Shown one piece after another: positions 52,566 through 64,000 of a DNA stretch of 64,000 nt. Positions within the stretch are counted from its first letter, which is position 1; each line of letters starts with the position of its first letter. A program made the position numbers and the translations under genes. The notes below the pieces were generated by a model. That model had not been told where the DNA came from, made no database searches, and saw only the letters and a list, made by a program, of their open reading frames with translations. The stretch spans positions 147,994,001-148,058,000 of the forward strand of contig OZ024742.1 of assembly GCA_964016885.1 (NCBI GenBank). Direction: 5' to 3'. The stretch comes from Eledone cirrhosa. Lineage: Eukaryota.

Positions 52566-55319
52566 CACGAAACGGCCATAGCTTGAAATCCCTTGATTAT
52601 AGGCACCGCTCAAACTGCAGTGTAGTCTTTATCCCTCCCCTTCTCCCTTTCTTTTGTTGCTTGATTCTTTTTTCTTTTTCTTCTTTTCAGCTCCTTTTTT
52701 GTTCCCCTTCATAGTATGTTTTGTTTTTCCATATCAGCTTTGTAAAATAAAATAGATTCATGATCAGACTAAAAAAAAAAAAAGTGTGAAAAGAAAGTAT
52801 ACCAGTTTTTAGAATTACCGAAGAATACGTTGCTTCCCCCCCCCCTCTACTCCACTCTTCTCCTCTCTGTACTTCACTTTCTCATTTCACCGAGAATACA
52901 TAGATCAGTAATAAGGAACCGGATATATCTTTTAGAATATGATAAAAAGGTTTGTTATCTGAAAATGTGAAAACACTAAAAAGTCATGTTAGACGAAATA
53001 TCAGCAAGAGAAGAAAAAAGCAAAACAAAACAAAACAAAATAAAAGGAAAACTTTTGGCATTTGGGAATAAATATGATTAAGTTAGGTAAAAAAGAACAA
53101 ATAGAAATAAACAACAACAATAAAAACAAACTTAAAGAAAAGGAAAGTTCCTCAAATACACAAGAAAAAAATGGTGAAGTGTGAAATGTGCCCCCTTGTC
53201 TGCCATGATATGAGAATCTGTTAGAATTAAGACCAGACGATTGAAGAAGACGTATATTGTAGTCACGTGGCTTCCTATGAATAAACATGCATAAACAGAA
53301 GAGACATAAAATACTATATATGCTACGTTGAATAACATACTATTCTACAACGAATAAGTAGTCCATGGTATGTGACTGACATACAGCGAAACTCATACGA
53401 TTTCTGAAAGGTGAGATGTTCAATGAAAAGATATGAGACAATTGTAGGAGATACAAAGGTCACATTCGTAATATAATTCTGAATGTTACATTACCTATTC
53501 AAATCAAGTGTATCGACCAACAAATCATTTCCTAAAACCGTAAAATACTGTAAAAACGGAAATTGTGGTACAGTATGATTTAGTGAAGGCACATAGTCTA
53601 GTAGTTTGGGTGTTGGACTCTCGCTTTTCTGAGCGTGAGTTCAATTCCTTACCGGCGACGGGTTGTGTTCTTTAAACTTTTGTTGCTTTGTGTGCAAATA
53701 GTTGTGATGTATTTCTAGTAGGCAGAGCAAACGCGTTTAACCATTACGCCAAAGGTGAAATTTGAACTTAGAACACACAGACATTTTGGAGATACCGCTA
53801 GCAAAGTATTCAGTCCTACAGCGCGCAAAGAGATGGAATAAATACTGAGGCGTTTAATCCAACGTTCCCATGCATCTGCCATTTCGCCACTTATAGTACT
53901 ACAAAGAAAGCCGTGGACGTTACTGAATTTCATTTTGCATTGTCTGAAAATATCTATGACCTTCAACTAAGAAACAATAGTGAGTAAGATTGGATTAACT
54001 AATAATCCGACTTTGAGATGGCCGCTATCTGAGATAATTGGCTATTGTTTTGTCTGATGAGATAATACCTGGTAAAATAAAATAAAATAAAATAAAATGT
54101 AACTAAGGTCGTCATTCGTAATCAAGTATGACTTGTTAGAGTGTACCATGCAGTTGTAAGCTGACATAACTCCTCTTTCGGGGTAGATGTAATAAGTACC
54201 GTAGCTTAATAATAGATGGGTATAGCCTATATTTGTGTAGTATCAGAGATGTCACCTCTCCCGTCCGACGGGGAGAGGGGGGGAGATGTCTTCTTTTGTG
54301 AAAATGAGCATAGTTTTCATTATGTAAAATCTCCTTATTTTGCCTCATTTCTCCCCGTTTTGGAGCACTTTTTTTTCATGGTATTCCGTTTGGGTTTTTA
54401 GAGGTTGACATGTCTGTAATATGTATGTATCGACCCGTAACCCCCAAGGGAGTTGTAGGGGCGCTGTATGTCAATACGGCGTTTCAAGGGCATTTTAAAA
54501 CCTGGCGGAGCCTACCTCCTCTCCAGATCTAAATACAGTAAATTTCTTCCAGAGAAGGACAGAGTTTGAGATAATGAAATGGAGAAAAAGATACAGAAGA
54601 AGAATCGACCTCAGTACTAAACTGGTACTTTTTTTAATCGAATGGATGAAAGGCAAAGTTGACCTCGGTGAGATTTAAACTCAGAGAGGTGAGAGCCGAA
54701 ACGAATACCGCAAAACACTCTATCCGACGTTGTAAACGCTGCCTTGTCTATATTTATTCCCTGTAATAAATGTAGCCTTGTGCCAATATTAAAAGTCGTA
54801 TTAAGATAAAGCATCAAACGAAGTTTTTAGTTTCTTCGTTCTATTGTTTGAGAGGATGCAGCATAGCCGAATAGTTAAAAAGATTGTTTCGTAATCATTA
54901 GGGCCCGGCTTTGATCCTACTGCGTCTCCCTCGGCTTCCTCCGGGGCAATGTCTTCTCCATACTGTCGGTCGGGACCAAGAAGCGGACGAAATAATAGAG
55001 AATATGAAAGGTGTTAAAGTTTAGCAATAAATATATAACCTGTCTCTGAAAAGATGGCATTACTGATTTCTAATACTGGTTAGTAGTGTTAGTTGCTGGT
55101 GATGTGGTCGATTGTGTGTGTGTTGGCGGTAGAGAGGTACGATGTGAATGTAGAGGGAAGCGCTAGTTAGTAGTGTTAGTTGTTGGTAGTGTGGTCCGTT
55201 AGTTATTTAGTACCGTTGAAGGGGTTAAATGTGTATAAGGTCATGGGTATAACTGATAAATTAGTTGTATGGGTGTATACAGGTGTGTTGGTGAAGTAGT
55301 AGAGCGTGTGTTGATGTGA

Positions 55320-57470
55320 GGGGCTGATGAGAAAGGCTAAAGGAAGCTGGGTGAGGAATTCAGACCGATTTCGGTACTGGTCTGGAGAGAAAAAGTAATC
55401 TGTTTTTGAGATCTCAGGCGTGTGTCAGTGGCTCCAGAGCAGGCGACGAGGCCAAAGACAGTGAGGTGGTGGGTGAAGTGTCCGGCAGAACGGAAATGTC
55501 TGGCGACCGGGGACTGGTTGCCCAGCCCGATGTCCTGGAGATGCTCGGCAAACCGGTTCGCTAGTCGACAGCCAGTTTATCCTAAGTAAGACGGCTCCGC
55601 GTTGCGTGCAACAGAATCCGTAGACAAGACTGGAGGAGGTGCAACGGAAGGAGTCCCGGACTCGGAAGGATTGGTTGTTGGGTCCATGGAATGTGGTGGT
55701 GTTTCTGATGAAGTTGCATGTATGAGCAGGAGTGGGATCCGAGAGAGGAATTGGAGGGAGGAAAGGAGCTGCGGACGAGGAGGTTTCGGAGGTTGTGTAG
55801 AGTCGTAGTGGTCCGGTAGGAGGCAGCAGAAGATCGGGGGGGGGGGACTATTCTTTAGAGGGACAAGGTGGAGGGGAGGTAGGTAAGGGGAAACGCGAGT
55901 CGGTTGGTGGGGAATGGGAGCGTGGAGCGAGGGTGGTAGTGCAATCGACTTCATGGGCGCCAGTTAGAGTGGCGTGCACCAAGGAGCGGTGTAAGCACGC
56001 CTAATGAAGAATGTCGCCATGTAATGGACCTGAACCACGAAGTCATGGGCTCGACTGCATATTCGACAGAATCTGAGGAATTGAGAGTAGGGGATGGAAT
56101 GTTTGGTGAGGGCGGGGTGAGATGAAGTGAAATCGAGGTAGGAGTGGGAGTCAGTTGGTGTGAAGAAGGCTGGGGTGATGAGGGAATGATGGGAGGGGGT
56201 CAATGGAGACAGAGATGTCCAGGAAGTGAACGGAGGTGGTTGAGGTGTGGAGGTGGTGAAGTTAAGTGCGGGATGGAAGGAGCAGAGGAAAGAGAGAAAG
56301 GAGTCGAACTGTTCTCGGATGAGTGAGGTGGCGTCAATACAGTCGTCAATATAACGGCCGTATAGCTCGGGCATGGGGTCAGTGTATTGGACAAAGATTT
56401 GGGCCTCAACGTAGCTGACGAATAGGTTGGCGTAGTTGAGACCCATTCTTGTGCCCATGGCTACTCCGGTTACCTGTTGGTAGAACTCGTCCGAGAAGGA
56501 AAAGCAGTTGAGGGTGAGGACCAGCTCCGCAAGGCGGGTGAGTGAGGAGGTTAAGGGTTGAGGGTCGAGTGGAGGGGTAAAGGTTGACAAAGTATTGGAG
56601 GGCACGTAGGCCTTCGGCGTGAGGGATGATCGTGTAGAGGTATTTGATGTTGAAGGTGAAAAGGAGGAGGGTGGGCCTGGCGGAAAGATGAAGGAGTCGA
56701 AGAAGCGGAGGGTGTGGTTGGTGTCAGATATGTAGGGGAGGGCGGCTACTAGGGGTGCGAGGATGGAGTCGAGATAGACGGAGATGAGTTCGGGGAGGCT
56801 GTTGCAGGCGGAAACGATGGGGCGGCCAGGGTTATCCGATTTGTGAATTTGGGGGAGAAAGTAGATGGTAAGGGTGCGTGGTGTGCGGACGATGAAGTTG
56901 GTGGCGGTGGGGGATAGGAATGAGAAAGTGATGAGTTGTACGGTGGAAGATACTTGATGCTGGTATTGAGGGGTGGGAAGCGGTCCGGGTCATTCGGAGC
57001 TGGTGGTGTGCCATGGAAATGCGCGGGCAGTTTGGTGTGGTGTAGGAACCGTTTAATATCCGCTCGAATGCGAAATTTGTTGCTGTAGATAGTGTGGGGT
57101 ATGAACCGCAAACCCAATCTGAGGAGGGAACGCTCAGGTCCGGAGAGAGGAAGGTCGGGGAGTAGGGTTACAACAAATTATGGGAAGATTGGAGGTTGGA
57201 TGGGAAGGTTTGGGTTGAGTTTGGAGGTGTATGGCGTAAAGTGGGTGGTGGTGTGGCGGGATGGCGGGGTGTGGGGTGTAGATGGAGTGGGTGGTTTGGC
57301 GTGTGAGTGGGGAGAAAGAGGGAATTTAGATCGCGGAGTTTGGTGGAGGTGAGGAAAAGGAAAAGTTTGTTGTTGAGGTGTTGGATAAAGAGAAGGATGG
57401 AATGAGCGAGGAAGGGATGACAGGGGGAACAGAGAAGAAGAAAGATTTAGGGGAGGTCACGGTTGATGGT
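55320..57470 (-). pseudogene. Neptune-type Penelope-like element relic (RT plus GIY-YIG endonuclease)
   Basis: YQQVTGVAMGTRMG.NYANLF, GRYIDDC, SYLDFTSSHP..KHSIPYSQFLR..RICS, then FRCTSSSLVY..C, YLG*TG.RL..RFAEH, PVARHF; frameshifts present. Confidence 0.88.
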
Positions 57471-57643
57471 GCGGATCTAAAATTTTAAGGAAGTAGGCAC
57501 CTCAAAATCATAAACTCATGCCAAATACCCTATCTGTCCCCACCTCTATTCTGACCTGATACCTGGCATGTTCTACGTTGATTTGATCGACTTTCTCCTC
57601 ACCTACATAAATGTGGTCTTCGGATCAATGTGAGACATCATTA

Positions 57644-57936
57644 GGGCGGTGGATTGGCAGTATCGGTAGAGGGTCGGACGCCATGCTTTCCAGCATAGTT
57701 ATGTCCCTTTACGATCTGAGTTCAAATCCCGCCGAGGTTGACTTTGCCTTTCATCCTTACGGGGTCGATAAAATAAAGTACCAGTAATGCACTGGGTAAT
57801 TGCTGGCCTTGTGCCTAAAGTAGAAAATGATTAAAACCGAGGTTAACTTTGCCTTTCATCCTTACGGGGTCGATAAAATAAAGTACCAGTAATACACTGG
57901 ATAATTGCTGGCCTTGTGCCAAAAGTAGAAACAATT
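57644..57936 (+). mobile_element. Young full SINE family 1 (57644-57826) plus tandem 5'-truncated copy (57837-57936)
   Basis: Near-identical to the 5195 and 9094 copies. Confidence 0.92.
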
Positions 57937-60451
57937 ATTAAAACTGTATCTTTATCAAAATAACATTTAGACAGAAATATTTGAAATTAAAGTTTCGAAA
58001 TTAATTGACATGTTTTTAGACATCAGTTCCAATAAAATCAAATTTTATGACGGAGCGTTTTAACAATATTTCATTTGATAATGGATGATTGTTGTCGACT
58101 GTATTTTTAAGCCCCGTGATTTAGAATAATAGCATAATTTATGTAAACGTAACAAGTGACCGAAGAGTCATATTGATTTCATGGGTTATTTGTAACACTT
58201 CAGTGACTCACTGGATTTTTCCGAATGACAGTGCAGTTGGTAGCTGCTCTAACATCGATTTACAGGCGTGAGTTCTCATTAATTTAAAAGCAAGCAGAAT
58301 ATAGCTTTCAGGAAAACTGCATTTTTTTAAAAAAGGAGAAAAAACTGGAAAGAAAAGAAATTGCTTCATATGACTATATCTTATTTAACACTTCACACCA
58401 CAGTAACGTAGCTGCCAAGAGTATTTTCTTTTCGATTCGGTTGCTATTGAGAAATACCAACTTTTAGACGCTAAGTCGATAGTTGATTTGAAAGGCTAAT
58501 CTGATGACAGACGGTGAGCGAGATAACACTCTTTGATTTCAAATACTTATAATATGAAAACTTAAATGAATATTCTTGCAATATTGGCGGCTACAGTTGC
58601 ATACGCTAACAAAGTTTCAAGTGGTATTGGTTGATAGCATAGACACTCGATGTTTGTCCCTTTTGTTGCTCGGCAAACATCAATGTGATAAGCTCGGAGT
58701 ATTTTTGTGGTCACCTTGTAGATGTATGAAATTCCGATAAGTCTTGTTCACGATACAGTTTCGGTTCCTGGTTGTAAGTATTTACTCTTCTTCACCTACT
58801 CGGAAAGCCATAGGTATCACAACTCTTTTGTTTCTGCTCTAAATAGTCAGAAATGGCTCTATTTATCACACTGATATTAAATGAAAATTGGGTAATGTTT
58901 TTTTTTTTTTTTAGACTAGACCAATATGCTATCTGCTTTCCACCTAACTCCACACACTTGGTAAATTTGCCTTAAAATTGTCTTTTTCCGCTACAGCGAA
59001 CTCCCTGCAACAAGAGGTGTAACTAGGGTATGGTAAGCATGGCACTTGGACTAGGAGTACGTTTTTGGACTAGGATCCACGTCAGAGAGTAAAAATGAAA
59101 CTCCTTCAGATGTATGATCTACCTCTGATTATCATGGGTGAGAACACTATGGTGGCAGGATCATTAAATCATTTATATAAATTATTAGGCCCATCGGTAA
59201 AAATACAGTGGTGGGCAGGGACGCAATTTCGCTGAAAATAATTCTTGTTAAGAGATTGAGTGGAATACTTTTAATGATAGGTCTGTTCGGCCAGGCTAAA
59301 TATGGTGTAACGAATAGATGGAATTGTTGGTATGATGGTTTCAATGCAAAGAATAATACCAGGATTGTGTTGTTACAATGTTTATTTTATTATAACAATA
59401 TTCAATTTGAATATTGAATGATAAAGTCTATAACATGAAATATTCGTACGCATGAAATATTCGTAAACAACCGTCATCTGACCTGTGGTTGACATCTCCC
59501 AAGGGGTTGGTCTGCCGGGCGTAAACAACTAACCACGGCTTGTCCCAGATGCGGGAAAGCTCAGATTCGGTTTCGAATCTTCGCCGGTAATATGTAGGAG
59601 TATTCCGTTATAATAGTTTTGTATAAAAGTAAAATAGAATAAAGAATGAACCGAGTTGATGACTAGGATAGATTCGCTTTCTGCACTGAGCATGAGTATG
59701 AGATGAATATGAGAGCCAAGAAGAATTGTAAGCACTGAAGTCAGCGGGGACGATCTCTTCTGGGACGGATGGTGATAGATGTCTTCGATGCGGGAAGATG
59801 TAAGGTCAAAGAGTTGCTGATGGCCGCGGAAGTTCGGAGAGTGGTAAAGGAAGCAGATTTATTTGAAAAAGAGAACTTTGAATCAGAGTAACTTTTATAC
59901 CAACAGAATCATTTGTTTAATTTACCCCATAGTCAATAACAATCAATCCCAGTTAAAAACACTTAAAATAGACGCAATGGCTGGAGGTTGGACACAATAC
60001 CACATTAACACACTGCCTAGGCCATAAAACATTATAAATTACCTAGGTTATAGGACATGAAAATAGACAACAGCTAGCATTAATTTTATCTACAACAGTG
60101 ACAAATTCCTTTCTAATCCATTCTTGCCATGCATTCAAGACCCAACCCACTCTTTTTTCCACTCAGTGAATGGTCACATCGCAGAGACGCCTTCTGCTAG
60201 GTTCTCTCCTACCGGTCAATCAAACCACAACCACGCACCGAAAATATAGATTGGGGCCAAATTTGAATCATATATCTACACAAGTTACTCATACAATTTT
60301 AAAATTATAGATGTGGGGTGTCCTTCTAAAAAAAGTCATTTGCAGCATTTTAAGAGGTAAGTTTAATTGATTGCACACGAAAAAAACCGAAGAAAATAAA
60401 TCATTTCCCACTGAAATTGGTAGGGGTGTTTTTCTATTATAATGCCCACAC

Positions 60452-60575
<124 letters not shown>

Positions 60576-60577
60576 TG

Positions 60578-60867
60578 TAAAAGAGTCGAAGTCAGTATTG
60601 CAGCATATGTACAAACTTTATTTGCATATTACAATTGTTTCGATATCGATCATCTCAGGGTACAATCAAGGTGATGGGGCCCGACTCTTTTTCGATATCT
60701 CATCAGATATGCGAGCTTAGATGTGCAGAGACACAGCCAAACTTATAAGTTCGCATATAATGAGATGTCTAAAAAGAGTCGGGACCAGAGATAATTGATA
60801 TCGAAACAATTGTAATATGAAAATAAAGTTTGTACATATGCTGCAACACTGACTTCGACTCTTTTAA
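60578..60867. mobile_element. Inverted pLTR-like cassette (arms 60578-60717, 60747-60867)
   Basis: aaaagagtcgaagtcagt... / ...actgacttcgactctttt; the plus-arm hammerhead core is eroded (aatga). Confidence 0.78.
60624..60712 (-). ncRNA. Type I hammerhead ribozyme followed by AATAAA
   Basis: gcatat-CTGATGA-gatatcga...tcgatatc-GAAA-CAATTG-TA-atatgc-aaataaa; perfect stems I and II. Confidence 0.88.
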
Positions 60868-60986
60868 ATCTATTTACACTCTGGACACGACAGCCATGAC
60901 ACTGGAATACAACCCAAACGAAACGGACATCGTAACAACATCGTGTGCTTCAAACGCCGCGCCTCATGTAACTGTTGGTACACACC

Positions 60987-61111
<125 letters not shown>

Positions 61112-61154
61112 GATAATAGGAAGTCAGATTTGCAGCTTGTTATGAAACCTTATT

Positions 61155-61238
61155 GCATATTACAACTGTTTCCATATCAATCAGCGGTTGATCAGGCGAT
61201 CAGATCCCGACTCTTAATCAACACCTCTTCAGATATGC
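61155..61238 (-). ncRNA. Type I hammerhead ribozyme, diverged relative of 60624
   Basis: gcatat-CTGAAGA-ggtgttgat...attgatatg-GAAA-cagttg-TA-atatgc. Confidence 0.72.
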
Positions 61239-61448
61239 GAGTTTACATTGGTGGTCCCATCCAAACTGTTGACATATGTCAACGAGAGACGGACCCTGTA
61301 ACCACAAGTTATTCACATAATAACACACACGCACACACATAATATATATATTTCAGAAGATCCTGTTAAGAGTGAAAGCAACGATTCTTTGCTTAAACTT
61401 TAATCTGTTATTTTAATAAATATATATGTACGTATATGGACGCGTGCA

Positions 61449-62950
61449 TCTATATCTATATATTAATTTCAAGAACGTCAGTATTCCGTGTGTCATAATT
61501 CTCGATTATCATTGGTTCATAGGTTTCAAACGACTCCGCCCACCTCAACGACGCCAAACTGAAATTAATATGCATAATGTCAATGAGGGAGTGAGAGGGG
61601 AGAGTGTGAACGCTATATGTGTCAGTGTAGAGACGTGTGTGTGATGTGTGTGGAAATAAGAGGTGAAGGAAAGCAATAACTATTAACATGCGTGCGTGTG
61701 TATGTACGTGCGCGTATGTTTATGTGTGTGTGCGTGCGTGCAGCGTTCCACAGAAAGTAAAAACTATCAACGTGTGTGAGTGTGTGCGTGTGTAAGTTTG
61801 CGTGCGTGTGCACGATTCCATGCGTGTATGTGTGTGGTGTTCCACAATCGCCACGCTGTTTACCTGTCTGTGTGCCTCTCTGTCAGTCTAACATACACAG
61901 AGTTGTGAAGGGAGTAAATAGGGACCGTTTTTTACATTGACGGACATCTTTTATATTAATTATCTATATCTATATCTACATATAATATAAAAGATTGGAA
62001 CTTCCATCATCCTTTTGAGAAACGTGGAACAACCACGTCTATGCAATGATACACGTTTTACAGTCAGGCAGAAGATGAACCATCTCCTAGAGGTCACTAT
62101 TCTAGGTGGGAGCACCTAGAATTGGTCATATACTATGCACAAACGGTACAACGAAGAATCTGGTATATCTGGAAGATTTTTTTTTACTGTTTTCTGCATC
62201 ACACAGACACCACAGACTCGCCTCATACTGTAACCAGATAAACATCCAATACAGTCATTTTCTCTTTTACCTGTCTTCTCTTATCATCTGTTTACCCGGG
62301 CGAAGCTGGGTACGTCAGCTAGTCTATATATTAATTTCAGCAATGTCAGTATTCTGTGTGTCATAATTCTCGATTATCATTGGTTCATAGGTTTCAAACG
62401 ACTCCGCCCACCTCAACGACGCCAAACTTAAATTAATATGCATATTGCCAATGAGGGAGTGAAAGGGGAGAATAAGAAACAGAGAGGCAAAGTGAACGCT
62501 GTAACTATTACCATGTGTGCGTGTGTATGTACGTGCGCGTATGTTTATGTATGTGTGCGTGCGTGCAGCGTTCCACAGAAAGTAAAAGCAATTCGACTTT
62601 ATCAAACAGTGAACTACAGCGGCGACGGCGTGCAGCCAGGAATGAAGAGAAACGGGCCGAACAGCGCCATCGGAACGTCGAACTTCAGAGGCGAAGACGA
62701 GCCGCCATGAATGAAGAGGAGCTGGCTGAACAACGCCAACGAAACACTGGAGCCAAGCAGCGACGGCGTGCTGCGATGGTTGAAGACGAACTGGCTGAGC
62801 ATCATCTTTTATATTAATTATCTATATCTATATCTACATATAATATAAAAGATTGGAACTGCCATCATCCTTTTGAGAAACGTGGAACAACCACGTCTAT
62901 GCAATGATACACGTTTTACAGTCAGGCAGAAGATGAACCATAGCCTAGAG
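61449..62950 (+). mobile_element. Tandem non-autonomous Helitron units (61449-62322; 62323-62950, interrupted)
   Basis: 5' TCTATAT ends; 3' hairpin cccgggcgaagctggg then CTAG-T at 62319-62323; long shared blocks; unit 2 encodes an R/E-rich coiled-coil repeat like RepHel N-termini. Confidence 0.78.
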
Positions 62951-64000
62951 CACAGGTTCTCAACCCATTTAGGCCAAACGCCCCCTTTTGTCCCTCGAAA
63001 TCACGAAACGCCCCCCCCCACCCTATTTTTCCATTTTTCAATATACTACTGATTTTGATATCTGTAGATTACTAAAAAATTGATTAACAATATTCCAAAG
63101 ATACCATTGCAAGCAGCTGAGAGTATAAATACATTCCTTGAAAGGAAATATATAAATTTCAAAAAAAGGAACATAAATGTTCTTTTTTATGAATAAGGAC
63201 CAGTTGAATTTGTTATATTCCCACCAGGCGATGCCAACTATTTTGAACATTTATACAAGAACAACTCTGTCTATCCAAAGAGTGCTCTTATCTGGAAGAA
63301 AGTGGCAATTATATCATTTCAAAGCTTTCCAATTTTCCCTTTAATGAAACAGACAGAATAAATGTTGATATCTAACTTGATGTCCCCTCTGCTTTGTGAG
63401 CTTAGAGACCACGGAAGAGGGTTTTCATGACCACGCGGGACGGTATATTTATTAGTAAATGGTAAAATATATACAACAAATGAGTAAGTGAATTGTGGTA
63501 GATAGTTTCCAGTCCAGTCAGACTGCAACTACAAATAAAAAAAATTGTTAGTTTGCTTTGTAACAATAGCATATCTAAGTTTTCGGATAAATCAACTTAC
63601 TTTAACTTTGACCTCATTTCAATGGGACCCTTGAACTTTATGGAGTCTAGCTAACTCTTTGACGTCAGGCTGGATTTTTCGTAAGATGTAGCCGGAGATC
63701 TCCACATGTAATTACATTGTAGCGGTTGCAAGCCTTACTGTGAAGTCTGGAAACAGCACCAAACCTCCTCTTGACTAAGTATGAGCTTGGAAAAGGCAGA
63801 GCAAATCTCTTAGCCTCTGCATGTAGGTGTGGAAATCGACGCTGAATTTCCTCTTGCATCCAAAAAAGGGGTTCACCTATTTTGGGAAATCTAATTTTGA
63901 TCATGTCATCTGCTTGAAGTTCAATGAATTCTTCCTGAAATATAACGTCCAAATCATCGACGTTAGCTGTGAAGGGATCTGCTACCCACATTGGGATGTC
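62951..64000 (-). mobile_element. hAT (Buster/ZBED-like) transposon 3' end, running off the window
   Basis: TIR cacaggttctcaac after target gccTAgag; ORF 63665-63991 QEEFIELQAD..FW..LPFPSSYLV..GDLRL.LT (dimerisation domain). Confidence 0.85.

Noticed and set aside
59450-60200. Possible minus-strand LTR (TATAAAA then AATAAA)
   Set aside because: Boundaries and TSD are not identifiable.

Overview
AT-rich, microsatellite-saturated animal genomic DNA; the repeat content resembles an octopod cephalopod (inference). I find no host protein-coding exon, and almost all ORF-track entries are microsatellite artefacts. The window is a patchwork of transposable elements: about 20 copies of one tRNA-derived SINE, decayed RTE, CR1, R4/Dong-like and CRE-like LINE pieces, a decayed Neptune-type Penelope element (RT + GIY-YIG), a mariner relic, hAT/Mutator/pogo/piggyBac-type MITEs and a tandem Helitron. 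Two systems stand out. (1) About 15 type I hammerhead ribozyme motifs with intact cores, plus about 7 eroded ones, from roughly 8-10 sequence families. They sit in short non-coding cassettes, mostly anchored in (TA)n, several arranged as asymmetric inverted pairs with a ribozyme on each strand, and are probably Penelope-like pLTR derivatives. (2) A young Tx1/L1-clade non-LTR retrotransposon found only inside (TATC)n/(GATA)n: a 4-copy head-to-tail array of two subfamilies at 33.2-38.0 kb plus an independent GATA-flanked remnant at 18.2 kb. All alignments and folds were done by eye, so coordinates are approximate to a few bases.
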